Positions 32,803-42,436 of a DNA stretch of 64,000 nucleotides are shown piece after piece. Both the position numbers and the translations under genes were made by a program. The first letter of the stretch is position 1, and each line of letters opens with the position of its first letter. This DNA comes from an uncultured Acidobacteriota bacterium (lineage in GTDB: Bacteria > Acidobacteriota > Thermoanaerobaculia > UBA5066 > Gp7-AA6). Location: contig CAVPRN010000006.1 in the NCBI GenBank assembly GCA_963707935.1, positions 6,906-70,905 on the forward strand, given 5' to 3'. The notes beneath the pieces are model-generated. The model was not told the DNA's origin. It saw only the letters and a list, made by a program, of their open reading frames with translations, and ran no database searches.

Positions 32803-35211
32803 CGGGATCGACGCGCGCGGCCCGCCGCGCGGGGATCCAGCAGGCGAGGAGGCCCGCTCCGGCGAGAAGGAGCGCGACGCCGGCGAAGGTCGGAAGATCG
32901 AGCCGCCCGGTCTCGAAGAGGAGGCTCGAGAGGAATTGCGTCAGCAGGAGCGCGCCGGCCGCGCCGGCGGCCAGGCCGAGGCCGGTCAGGGCGAGCCCCT
33001 GGCGGACGATCAGGCGCAGGACGTCGCCCTTTCCGGCCCCGAGCGCGACGCGGATGCCGACCTCCCGGGTCCTCCGCTCGACGCCGTAGGAGATCACGCC
33101 GTAGATGCCGACGACGGCGAGGAGGAGCGCCGTCCCCGCGAAGAAACCTACGAGCGTCGTCCGGAAGCGCGGCTCCGCGACCGACTCGCGCACGATGTCG
33201 GTCATCGGCTGGAGCGCTTCGATCGGGAGCGTCGGGGCGAGCGCCCGGATTTCGCCGCGGACGGCGGAGGCGAGGCGCCCCGGATCTCCGGGCGTGCGGA
33301 CCGAGACGTAGGCCGCCCACCACGGCTCCTGCGCGAAGGGGACGTACATCTCCGGCTTCGAGGGGGCCCCGAGGCCATCCCGCTTGACGTCGGCGACGAT
33401 CCCGACGATCTCGCGCGGCACCGGCTCCGCGAACCCGAAGACGAGGCGCCGCCCGATCGGGCTCTCGCCCGGAAAGAAGCGGGCGGCGAAGGCCGCGGAG
33501 ATCGCGCAGACCCGGGGCGCCGCCGCGTCGTCCGAAGCGGTGAAGAGCCGCCCCTGCCGGAGCGGGATTCCGAGCACGCGGAAGTACGCCGGTGTCGCGG
33601 CGGTGTAGTTGGCGCTCGAGTCGGCGCCTTCCCTCTCGGGCGCCCGGCCCTCGATCTGGAACGCGAAGTTCGAGCCCTCCGCCGTACAGCGGCAGAGGGA
33701 GCGAGGCGGCCACGCTCTCGACTCCGGGCTGCGCTCCGATCCGCTCGACGAGCGTCGAGTAGAAGCCCGACCACTCGGCCGGCTTCGAGTACTGGTTGCG
33801 CGGGAGCGACATCCCCGCCGTCAGGACGTGCGTCGGGTCGAACCCGAGCCGGACGCTCTGGAGGCGCAGAAAGCTCTTTCCGAGGAGCCCCGCTCCCACG
33901 AGCAGCGTGAAGGAGAGGGCCGTTTCGCCGACGACGAGCAGATGGCGCAGCCGCTTCTTGCGGCCGCTCTCCCCGGAGCCGAGCGATCCCTCCCGCAGCG
34001 CGTCGGAGAGCCGCGCGCCGGAGGCAGTCAGCGCGGGCGCCAGACCGAAGATCGCGGCCGACACGAGCGAGGCGGCGAGAGAGAAGAGGAGGACGCGCCC
34101 GTCCACCGCGATCCCGGCCGCGCGGGGCAGGTCCGCCGGCAGCCAGCGCCGGAGCGAGCCCATGCCGGCGTAAGCGAGCGCGAGCCCGAGCGCTCCCCCC
34201 GAGAGGCCGAGGAGGAGACACTCGGCCAGGAACTGGGAGAGCAGGCGGCCTCGCCCGGCGCCGAGCGCCGTACGGATCGCGACCTCGCGCGAGCGGGCGC
34301 CTGCGCGGGTCAGGAGGAGGTTGGCCACGTTGGCGCAGGCGATGAGAAACACGAGACCGACGGCGCCGAGCAGAACGAGCAAAGCCGTCCGCACGCCGGC
34401 CACGAGGCTCTCGGCGAGCGGGACGAGGCGCACGCCCCAGCCCTCGTTCTCCTTCGGGAACTGGCGCGCGAGCGCGCCCTGGATCGTCGCGAGCTCCGCC
34501 TCGGCCCGCCGGAGCGAGACTCCCTTCCCGAGCCGGCCGACGACCGTCAGGTAGTGCCCGCCACGCTTCTGCCGCAGGTCGGCGAAGACCGGGTCCTGCG
34601 CGAGCGGCGTCCAGAGCTCGGCCGGCGGATTGCCGGGCGGCGTCGAGAAGGCCGCCGGCAGGACGCCCGCGACCGCGAAGAGGCGCTCATCGAGGCGGAT
34701 CGTCTTCCCGACGATGGACGGGTCCGCGCCGAACTTCTCCCGCCAGAGGCGCTCGCCCAGAACGGCGACCGGGGCGGCGCCCGGCGCGTCGTCGGACGGG
34801 ACGAGGGCGCGCCCCAGAATCGGCTCGAGCGCCGAGCACCCGGAAGACGTCCGATGTGACCGTGCCGGCGACGACGAGGGCGGGCTCCCCCTCCCCGGTC
34901 AGGGTGTAGTCGTGCAGACGGATCGCCGCGAGGCCTTCGAGGGAGCGGGCCTCCCGCGCCCAGTCGGAGAAGTTCAGGTACGAGGCGCCGTTGTTGAAGA
35001 CCCCCTGCGCGGGGAGGGTCTGGTAGACGCGGACGAGGCGCTCCGGCTCGGAGAAAGGCAGGGGCGCAAGGAGCACGGCGTTGACGACCGAGAAGATCGC
35101 CGTGGTCGCGCCGATCCCGAGCGCGAGTGTCGCGAGCACGACGATCGTGAACCCCGGGCTCTTTTTCAGAGAACGCGCCGCGAAACGCAGGTCTCGAAGA
35201 AACGCCGCCAT
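32780..35211 (-). pseudogene. ADOP-family duplicated FtsX/MacB-like ABC permease; at least 4 frame changes
   Basis: N-terminus [48 protein letters not shown] (ORF 34687..35211). First FtsX block in ORF 32628..34433. Second MacB_PCD/FtsX block and ...IPARRAARVDPVIALRFE-stop in ORF 32780..33577. Confidence 0.82.
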
Positions 35212-35327
35212 GTCGCCTCCGAATGGCGGCCCATTCTCCGCCGGCGGCCGCCGGGCCGGCCGTCTTTAACATCGGCTCAACCCGCACCCTTTCGACGCCG
35301 GGGCCCCGAAGGGGTTACGATCGCGCG

Positions 35328-35780
35328 ATGCGGAAGAAACGCCTGGCCGGCCGAAGCGCGTCCGCTCTCCTCGCCGCGGTGCTTCTGCTTTCGGGCTGCG
35401 TCTCCGCATCGAGCGGGTCGTCGGCCGCCGGGGAGGTCGCGGTGTATCAGGCGCCGCCGGGCCCCGCCGGGCGGGTGGACATGCCCGCCGGCTGCCGGCT
35501 CGTGCGCGAGAACCGCCCGCAGACCCTGAGCGAAGCGGACCTCGCGCAGCCCGACATCTTCCGCGGAGACCGCGCCCGCGCGCTCTCCGAGGGCGCGAAC
35601 GTCCTGCTCCTCGTCGAGAGGCTCGTGGCGCCGCGGCAGGATTTCGACTGCGCGGCCACGCAGCCGATCTCCGACTGCCCGCAGACCCTCGGCGCCTGGT
35701 ACTCCGTCGTCTCCCGCTCGTACGCGTGCGACGCCGCCGCGCGCGAGGCCCTCGCCTCGCAGGCTCGCGACATGCGTTGA
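35328..35780 (+). CDS. lipoprotein of unknown function
   Basis: In-frame ATG 35328 within ORF 35223..35780. Lipobox in MRKKRLAGRSASALLAAVLLLSGC. Four further Cys residues. Confidence 0.6.
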   Translation: MRKKRLAGRSASALLAAVLLLSGCVSASSGSSAAGEVAVYQAPPGPAGRVDMPAGCRLVRENRPQTLSEADLAQPDIFRGDRARALSEGANVLLLVERLVAPRQDFDCAATQPISDCPQTLGAWYSVVSRSYACDAAAREALASQARDMR

Positions 35781-35797
35781 CAGCGCGAGAGGTCTCT

Positions 35798-35885
35798 GGG
35801 TAGGGGCGGCCCTCGCGGCCGCCCGGCGATACAGCTGCCATCGCGCTCCATTCACGCCGGGCGGGGACGAGCCCCGCCCCTACCC
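35798..35885. repeat. 88-bp imperfect inverted repeat (31-nt arms, 26-nt loop)
   Basis: Arms GGGTAGGGGCGGCCCTCGCGGCCGCCCGGCG (35798-35828) and CGCCGGGCGGGGACGAGCCCCGCCCCTACCC (35855-35885). 26 of 31 positions are complementary by hand alignment. It lies 18 nt after the stop at 35780. Confidence 0.75.
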
Positions 35886-35974
35886 GGACGATGCAACATT
35901 CCGTCCCGCCTGCCGTTGAAAACATTTCGCTCGGCCGCTTGGCGGCTCGCCGCTAGGATCGGCGCGGAGGCCGA

Positions 35975-36310
35975 ATGATCGTCATCCTGTTTCGCTCCCG
36001 ACTGACCGGCGCCGCGGGCGAGGACTACCAGGCGATGAACGCGCGGATGGAGGAGCTCGCGCGCGCGGCGCCGGGCTTCGTGGACGTCAAGGCGTACACG
36101 GCGGAGGACGGCGAGAGGCTCACGATCGTGCGCTGGAAGGACGCCGAGACGCTCCGCCAGTGGCGCGAGGATCCGCGCCATCGCGTGGCGCAGGAGACGG
36201 GCCGGCGGCTCTGGTACGAGCACTACGACATGGAGGTCGCCGAGGTCGTGCGCGAGAGCCGGTTCGTCCGGCGCCAGGCGGGAGCAGACCAGGCCGTAGC
36301 CCGAAGCTGA
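35975..36310 (+). CDS. antibiotic-biosynthesis-monooxygenase (ABM) domain protein
   Basis: Intact 111-aa ORF. Ferredoxin-like ABM pattern: MIVILFRSRL...FVDVKAYTAEDGERLTIVRWKDAETLRQWREDPRH. Confidence 0.75.
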   Translation: MIVILFRSRLTGAAGEDYQAMNARMEELARAAPGFVDVKAYTAEDGERLTIVRWKDAETLRQWREDPRHRVAQETGRRLWYEHYDMEVAEVVRESRFVRRQAGADQAVARS

Positions 36311-36375
36311 CGGCGGCGCTCCGGCGCGGGGCTCGCCTCCCCGATTACAATCCGCCATCCTTCGGGGGAGGTCCG

Positions 36376-37801
36376 ATGCGCTTCGCGATCGCTTTCCTTC
36401 TGTCCGCTCTCGCCGCGCCGGCGCCTCCGGCGGCACCGCCCGGTTTCTTCGCCGCGCACCGGGAGAAGCTCGCGGCGAAGCTCCCGGCCGGCTCGATCGC
36501 CGTCTTTCGCGCCGCTCCGGCGCCGTCCGGAGCGCGCACCGATCCGTACCGGCAGGACTCCGACTTCTGGTACCTGACGGGGCTCGACGAGCCGGACGCG
36601 GTCGCCGTCCTGATCGCCGGGCCGCGAACGGCGCCCGTCGCTTCCTGCTCTTCGTGCGCCCGAGGGACTTCGCGGCCGAGCAGTGGACCGGCTGGCGCGC
36701 CGGACGTCGACGCCGCGAAGAAGGACTACGGGGCGGCGGAGGCCTATCCGGTCGCGCGACTTCTGGACGCGCTTCCCGTCGCTCGCCGTCGGAAGCGAAC
36801 GCGCTCTACTACGAGACGGCAGGCGACGACGGCGTTCGGGAAGAGGCTCCTCGAGGCCTGGAACGCCGGCAACGCCAACGCCGTCGCGGCGCGGCCCGCT
36901 GCGGACGCGTCGCCGCTCACCGCGGCGCTGCGACTCGTCAAGGACCCGGTCGAGATCGACCTGCCTGCGCGCGGCCGCCGCCATCTCGGCCGACGCGCAC
37001 CGGGCCGCGATGGCCGAGGTCGCCCCCGGCCGGGGCGAGTGGGACCTGAAGGCCGCGATGGTCGGCGTGTGCCTCTCGCGCGGGGCGGCGCGGATGGCCT
37101 ACCGCCGATCGTCGGCTCGGGCCGCAACTCCGTCATCCTCCACTACGAGAAGCGACGACGAGAAGCTCGAAGACGGCGAGATGATCGTCAACGACACCGC
37201 GCTGCGAGTACGGCATGTACGCCGCCGACGTGACGCGCAGCTACCCGGTCTCGGGCCGCTTCTCGCCCGAGCAGCGGAAGATCTACGAGATCGTGCTCGC
37301 CGCGCAGAAGGCGGGCTTCGCGGCGGTGAAGCCGGGCGCCGCGTTCCACGAGGTCCACGACGCCACGGTCCGCGTCGATCGTCGACGGGCTCGCTCGCGC
37401 TCGGGATCCTCACGGGAGACCGCGAGGAGCTCTTCCGGACGCCGCGCGTACCAGAAGTTCTACCCGCACGGATCGAGCCACTGGATCGGCTTGGACGTCC
37501 ACGACGCCGGCAGCTACGGCTATCCGCCGATCGTCGAGCGCCTCGCGCGCTACAGCCAGGCGCAGACGAAGCTCGAGCCCGGCATGGCGCTCACCGTCGA
37601 GCCCGGGATCTACATCGCCGGAGGAGTCGACGCCCGACCCGGCGCTGCTGGAACATCGGCGTGCGGGTCGAGGACGTCGTGCTCGTGACGCCGGACGGCA
37701 TGGAGTGTCTCTCCTGCGGCGCCCCGCGCGAGGCCGACGAGGTCGAGAAGGCGATCGCGGAGGGACGGACGCGCCGGGGCGAGGGGAGGAAGAGCCGCTA
37801 G
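36376..37801 (+). pseudogene. Xaa-Pro aminopeptidase (M24B, PepP-like), secreted; at least 6 frame changes
   Basis: DPYRQDSDFWYLTGLDEPDAVAVL (ORF 36160..). LRLVKDPVEIDL / ISADAHRAAMAEVAPG (36683..). GMYAADVTRSYPVSGRFSPEQRKIYEIVLAAQ and YPHGSSHWIGLDVHD...LTVEPGIY (37215..). NIGVRVEDVVLVTPDG (36683..37801). Confidence 0.82.
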
Positions 37802-37838
37802 GCCCGCCGGGGAAGAGTCATGCGGAGGTGCGCGAGCC

Positions 37839-38840
37839 CTACTGCTCGGCGAGTTCGCGATAGCGGCGGGGAGGGATCCCGAGGAGCCGGACGAACGCGC
37901 GCCTCATGACCTCGACGCTGCCGAACCCGGCGGCTTTCGCCACCTGCTTCAAGCCCTTCTCCGTGCGTTCGAGCTGACGGCGAGCCGCTTCGACGCGTAG
38001 CTGAAGCAAGTACTGGGACGGCGTCGTGCCGACCTCGCGGGTGAAGACGCGCTCGAAGTTCCGCACGCTCATCGCCATCCGGCCGGCGAGGTCCTCGACC
38101 GACAGTTTTCGCTCGAGATGCTCGGCCATCCAGATCTGCAGCTCGCGGATCGACGCCATCTCCGAGGCCTGGGACGCGAGCGAGACGCTCAGTTGCGACT
38201 GTCCACCCGGCCGCCGCAGGAAGAGGACCAGCTCGCGCGCGGCCTCGTGCGCGAGAGCGGCGCCGCAATCCTCCTCCACCCACGCGAGCGCGAGATCGAT
38301 GCCCGCCGAAATTCCCGCCGAAGTGTAGATGTTCCCGTCCCTGACCCAGAGCGGGTCGTGTTCGACTCGGACACCGGGGTAGCGCGTCGCCATCTCTCGG
38401 CCAAACCTCCAGTGCGCCGTCGCCCGGCGCCCATCGAGCAGCCCGGCCTCCGCGAGCAGAAAAGCGCCGACACACACCGCACCGAGCCGCCGCACCTCGC
38501 CCGCCATCCTCTGGAGCCAGGCGGACAGCGCTGCGTCGCGAAGCGACCGACTGCGCAATCCGCAGACCAGAAGCACGGAATCGCACTCGCCTTTGACTCT
38601 CCGGAAGTGCTGGCGGGCGATGAATGTCAACACGCCGCCCTCGCCCGCGACCGTCGGACCGTCCGCGCTCGTGACGACCTCGATCTCGTAGATCGGGCGG
38701 CCCGCGAGGCGATTGACCGAATTGAACACCTGGAGGGGCCCGACCAGGTCGAGCTCGTCGACCGGAGGCACGGCAACAACTACGATCCGCCGGGTCGAGG
38801 AGGGGCGACGCGACGCTGGCATCTTGGACGCGGAGGCCAT
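37839..38840 (-). CDS. GlxA-family transcriptional regulator (DJ-1/PfpI-like domain + AraC-type HTH)
   Basis: ORF 37839..38972; likely start is Met45 (MASASKMP, ATG at 38840). RIVVVAVPPVDELDLVGPLQVF, GAVCVGAFLLAEAGLLDGRRATAHW, C-terminal HTH LSVEDLAGRMAMSVRNFERVFTREVGTTPSQYLLQLRVEAARRQL. Confidence 0.88.
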   Translation of the reverse strand: MASASKMPASRRPSSTRRIVVVAVPPVDELDLVGPLQVFNSVNRLAGRPIYEIEVVTSADGPTVAGEGGVLTFIARQHFRRVKGECDSVLLVCGLRSRSLRDAALSAWLQRMAGEVRRLGAVCVGAFLLAEAGLLDGRRATAHWRFGREMATRYPGVRVEHDPLWVRDGNIYTSAGISAGIDLALAWVEEDCGAALAHEAARELVLFLRRPGGQSQLSVSLASQASEMASIRELQIWMAEHLERKLSVEDLAGRMAMSVRNFERVFTREVGTTPSQYLLQLRVEAARRQLERTEKGLKQVAKAAGFGSVEVMRRAFVRLLGIPPRRYRELAEQ

Positions 38841-38970
38841 GCGCGACTCACTATCTCGCCGCCGCGAAGCGTTTCGCAAGCAAGACGAGCGCGATGGCGG
38901 ATTCCGGCGGATCTGTGGCGGAAATCGGCGTGCCTTCCTCCCGTAGGCTGCCCGTCGGAGGTGGAGAGCC

Positions 38971-39699
38971 ATGACAATGCGTTGGCTAGCGATCGCCGCC
39001 GTAGTGCTTCCCGCGCTCGCCTTCGATCAGAGCGCGCAAATCGGCGGGCTCGCCGGCCCGGCCGAAAGAGGCCCGTACGCGCGCATCGCGATCTTGCGCC
39101 CTCACGAGGGGGACATCGTCGACTTCGAGGCGGGCTACATCCGGCACCTCGACTGGCACCGGCAGGCCAAAGATACGTGGGTCTGGTACGGCTGGAGCAT
39201 CTGGGCCGGGGAGCGGCAGCGGTGGTTCGTCTACGCGACGTTCGGGCACTCGGCCGCGAGCCTCGGTAGCCCCGTGAACCCGGCGGAGGACGAGCGGGAC
39301 ACGCTGCTGACCGTGGTGCCCCACGCCGAGTTCGCGGGGAGCGGGCTCTACGAGTTCCTCCCGGGGCTCTCGCGCGGCAACGGCGAGCCGCAGCCGACCG
39401 CCCGCCTCGAGATGACGACCGTGGATCTGATGTCCGGAGCGACGGAGTCTTTCGAGGCCGCCTTGAGCGCGGCGCAATCCGCCCTTCGGGAGGAGACGCT
39501 CTGGTATCGGATGGTGGCGGGCGGAGCCGTCCCGCGCTATGTGCGGTTGCGTCCGCGGGGAAGCCTCGCGGCGATTCTCGACGAGAGGAACGAACAGGCA
39601 CTCCCCGAGGCCGTCAACCGTTCGGTCGCGAGGATGACCGTCGAGATCCTGAATCTGCGGCCGGCCATGTCCAACAACCTCCCGCCGGCTCGCCAGTGA
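38971..39699 (+). CDS. secreted hypothetical protein
   Basis: Intact 242-aa ORF divergent from the GlxA-like regulator. Signal peptide MTMRWLAIAAVVLPALAF. No motif I can assign. Confidence 0.6.
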   Translation: MTMRWLAIAAVVLPALAFDQSAQIGGLAGPAERGPYARIAILRPHEGDIVDFEAGYIRHLDWHRQAKDTWVWYGWSIWAGERQRWFVYATFGHSAASLGSPVNPAEDERDTLLTVVPHAEFAGSGLYEFLPGLSRGNGEPQPTARLEMTTVDLMSGATESFEAALSAAQSALREETLWYRMVAGGAVPRYVRLRPRGSLAAILDERNEQALPEAVNRSVARMTVEILNLRPAMSNNLPPARQ

Positions 39700-39795
39700 G
39701 GAAGCGCGGCTAGAAAACGCGGCCCGGGGCGCGCAGGGGCCCGCGCGCGCACCGCTCGGGGAGCGGTATGCTCCCCGGACTTCGAGGAGGGCTCG

Positions 39796-41544
39796 ATGCC
39801 GTTGACACGCCCGTGGTCCGTTCTCGCTCTGCTCGTTCTGGTCGCATGGGCGCTCGTCGCCGCCGCTCCGACTTCCGGCTCCCGTCCCCGCTTCGTCGTG
39901 AAGCTCGGACCCGGAAAGGGCGCCGAGCCGCTCGACGGAAGGCTGCTGCTCCTCCTCTCGACGGACAAGACACAGGAGCCGCGCTTCCAGGTGAGCGACA
40001 TCAGCTTGAACAGCCAGCAGGTCTTCGGCATCGAAGTCGCGGGCTGGAAGGCGGGGCAGGATTCCGTCTTCGGGGACGACGTGCTCGGCTATCCGGTCGA
40101 GAGCCTCGCCGCGATCCCGGCCGGGACGTACCAGGTGCAGGCGCTCTTGAACCGCTACGAGACGTTCCGCCTGGGCGACGGCCGCATCTTGAAGCTCCCG
40201 CCCGACCAGGGCGAAGGGCAGCAGTGGAGCAAGAAGCCGGGCAACCTCTACTCGACCCCGCGCGAGATCGTCTTCGACCCGGGCAAGGGCGACACGATCG
40301 AGGTCGCGCTCGACAACGTCATCCCGCCGATCCCGCCCCCGGCCACGACCAAGTACATCCGGCACGAGCGGATCCGGAGCGAGCGGCTCTCGAAGTTCTG
40401 GGGGCGCGACGTCTATCTCGGAGCGCACGTCCTCGTGCCCGAAGGCTTCGACACGCACCCGAACGCCCGCTACCCGCTCGTCATCAACCACGGGCACTTC
40501 CCCGACACGATCGGAGGCTTCCGCGAGACGCCGCCGGACCCGAACCTGAAGCCCGACTACTCCGATCGCTTCCACATCTCCGGCTACAACCGGATTCAGG
40601 AGGAGCTCGGCTACCAGCTCTACAAGGACTGGACCGCTCCCGGATACCCGCGCTACCTCGTCGTCGAGGTCCAGCACGCGAACCCCTACTACGACGACTC
40701 GTACGCGGTGAACTCGGCGAACGTCGGGCCCTACGGGGACGCGATCACCTACGAGCTCATCCCCTACCTCGAAAAGAAGTACCGCGCGCTGGGAGGCGGC
40801 TGGGCGCGGTTTCTCTACGGGGGCTCGACGGGCGGCTGGTCGGCGCTCGGCGCGCAGGTCCTCTACCCCGACGAGTACAACGGCGCGTGGGCGGCCTGCC
40901 CCGACCCGATCGATTTTCGCCAGTTCGGCGTCGTCAACATCTACGAGGACAAGAACGCCTATTCCTGGAAGGGGCCCTGGAAGACGGTCGCGACCCCGGG
41001 CCACCGCGACTATCTCGGGCACATCCAATCGACCGTCGAGCAGATGAACCGGATGGAGCTGGTGATCGGGCCGAAGACCCGCTCCGGCGGACAGTACGAC
41101 GTCTGGCAGGCCGTCTATTCTCCGGTCGGCGGCGACGGCTACCCGAAGCCGATCTGGGACAAGCGCACCGGCGCCATCGACAAGGAGGTCGCGGCGTACT
41201 GGAAGGAGAACTACGACCTCGTCCACATCCTGAAGCGCGATTGGAGCAAGGGGCTCGGGAAGAAGCTCGCCGGCAAGATCCACCTGTACGTGGGCGAGGC
41301 CGACAACTACTACCTGAACAACGCCGTCTACCTCGCCGAGGAGTTCCTGAAGGGCACGAACGATCCGCCGTACGGCGGCGTCGTGGACTACGAGCCGCGC
41401 GCGGAGCACTGCTGGAACGGGGACCACACGCGGCCGAACTACGAGTCGCGACTGCGCTACCACCAGATGTTCGCGCCGAAGATCGTCGAGCGGATCACGA
41501 AGTCCGCCCCGCCGGGCGCGGACCTGACGAGCTGGAAGTATTGA
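39796..41544 (+). CDS. secreted esterase-family alpha/beta hydrolase (enterochelin-esterase-like) with N-terminal beta-domain
   Basis: Intact 582-aa ORF. Signal peptide MPLTRPWSVLALLVLVAWALVAAA. YPLVINHGHF. Nucleophile elbow FLYGGSTGGWSALGAQVLYPDEY. Confidence 0.75.
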   Translation: MPLTRPWSVLALLVLVAWALVAAAPTSGSRPRFVVKLGPGKGAEPLDGRLLLLLSTDKTQEPRFQVSDISLNSQQVFGIEVAGWKAGQDSVFGDDVLGYPVESLAAIPAGTYQVQALLNRYETFRLGDGRILKLPPDQGEGQQWSKKPGNLYSTPREIVFDPGKGDTIEVALDNVIPPIPPPATTKYIRHERIRSERLSKFWGRDVYLGAHVLVPEGFDTHPNARYPLVINHGHFPDTIGGFRETPPDPNLKPDYSDRFHISGYNRIQEELGYQLYKDWTAPGYPRYLVVEVQHANPYYDDSYAVNSANVGPYGDAITYELIPYLEKKYRALGGGWARFLYGGSTGGWSALGAQVLYPDEYNGAWAACPDPIDFRQFGVVNIYEDKNAYSWKGPWKTVATPGHRDYLGHIQSTVEQMNRMELVIGPKTRSGGQYDVWQAVYSPVGGDGYPKPIWDKRTGAIDKEVAAYWKENYDLVHILKRDWSKGLGKKLAGKIHLYVGEADNYYLNNAVYLAEEFLKGTNDPPYGGVVDYEPRAEHCWNGDHTRPNYESRLRYHQMFAPKIVERITKSAPPGADLTSWKY

Positions 41545-41547
41545 GAA

Positions 41548-41660
41548 GGATTCGGGAGTCGGGATTCGGGATTCAGGGGAGGCCCCCCCAACCCCCAACC
41601 CCCAACCCCCAACCCCTAATCCCTAACCCCTAATCGCTAACCCCTAACCCCTAATCCCCG
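41548..41660. repeat. back-to-back heptamer arrays: 5 G-rich units (GGATTCG-like), then about 10 C-rich units (CCCCCAA x4, CCCCTAA/TCCCTAA x6)
   Basis: Read directly. GGATTCG GGAGTCG GGATTCG GGATTCA GGGGAGG (41548-41582). Then heptamers ending in AA from 41585 to 41654. The element fills the spacer between convergent stops 41544 and 41662. Confidence 0.85.
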
Positions 41661-41661
41661 C

Positions 41662-42423
41662 TCACGCTCCTTCCCAGAATCCCACGACGCGCGCGATCCG
41701 GCCGTCGGGCGCGAGGTCGTAGACGTTCAAGCCCCGGCCGAGCTCGCTGCCGCCCTGCCGCGCGATCCAGCGCGCGGCCGCGGTCCCGTGCGAAAGGCGG
41801 ACTTCGCCGTCGCGCGCGAGGGTCGTGTTCGGGAAGAAGATCTGGATGGCCTCGAGATTCGCGAGCAGGTCCTCGAGGTCCGAAGTGGCGCTGTTGGCGT
41901 CGCGGAAGACGACTCTCGGAATGGCGCACGACTCCAGGAGCTCGCGGCGACGGCCGGCGTCCGGCTCGCCCCAGGCGGCGAGCCACGCGTCCACGCGCTC
42001 GATCGCGCGGTCGTGGCCTTCCTCGGAGATGACCTTCGAGAACACCGCGAGCTGATAACGCCACCCCTGCACGTGCGCGTCGCGGATTTTCGCGCTCGAG
42101 AAGGCGTGCCGCAGATTCAGAATCGTGCCCGCCGCGTCCTCCTCGAGCGAGATCGTCACGAGCGACCCGTCGGACGGAATTCCCGTCGCGTACTGGTACG
42201 TGAAGACGATGCGCCGCGGAGGCGCGATCTCGACGACCTCGCCCCGGACCTCGACACCGTTCGGGTAGCGGATGAAGACTTCGCCGCCTGGACGGGCGTC
42301 GATGCGCGAGCCCTCCCCCCACCAGCGCGCGAAGCGCTGAGAGTCGGTGAAATATCGGAAGACGGTCTCCGGCCGCGCGCAGATTTCGACGCGACGCTCC
42401 AGGATTTCCGGGTAGTCGGGCAT
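41662..42423 (-). CDS. SRPBCC (AHSA1/START-like) domain protein with C-terminal NTF2/SnoaL-like domain
   Basis: Intact 253-aa ORF. ICARPETVFRYFTDSQRFARWWG...IAPPRRIVFTYQY...HVQGWRYQLAVF. Immediately downstream of an ArsR gene, which is the classic pairing. Confidence 0.8.
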   Translation of the reverse strand: MPDYPEILERRVEICARPETVFRYFTDSQRFARWWGEGSRIDARPGGEVFIRYPNGVEVRGEVVEIAPPRRIVFTYQYATGIPSDGSLVTISLEEDAAGTILNLRHAFSSAKIRDAHVQGWRYQLAVFSKVISEEGHDRAIERVDAWLAAWGEPDAGRRRELLESCAIPRVVFRDANSATSDLEDLLANLEAIQIFFPNTTLARDGEVRLSHGTAAARWIARQGGSELGRGLNVYDLAPDGRIARVVGFWEGA

Positions 42424-42436
42424 CGCGAGCTCCTCC

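Noticed and set aside
38986-41598. Very long ORFs antisense to, or out of frame with, called genes. Examples: 38986..41598 (870 aa), 15990..18071 (693 aa), 58736..60874 (712 aa), 60240..62588 (782 aa), 24777..26867 (696 aa), 53499..55769 (756 aa), 22231..25179 (982 aa).
   Set aside because: Their translations are monotonous R/G/A/P/D-rich strings with no family motifs. The overlapping frame carries strong, contiguous homology (esterase, suf genes, glgC, prolyl oligopeptidase, BlaR1, ADOP). Stop-poor alternative frames are expected at this GC content.
41584-41660. CCCTAA/CCCCAA-type repeats read as a telomere or the end of a linear replicon.
   Set aside because: The array is short (about 11 units) and internal. 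It is flanked on both sides by ordinary, convergently oriented genes whose stops abut it, so it is an intergenic repeat and not a chromosome end.
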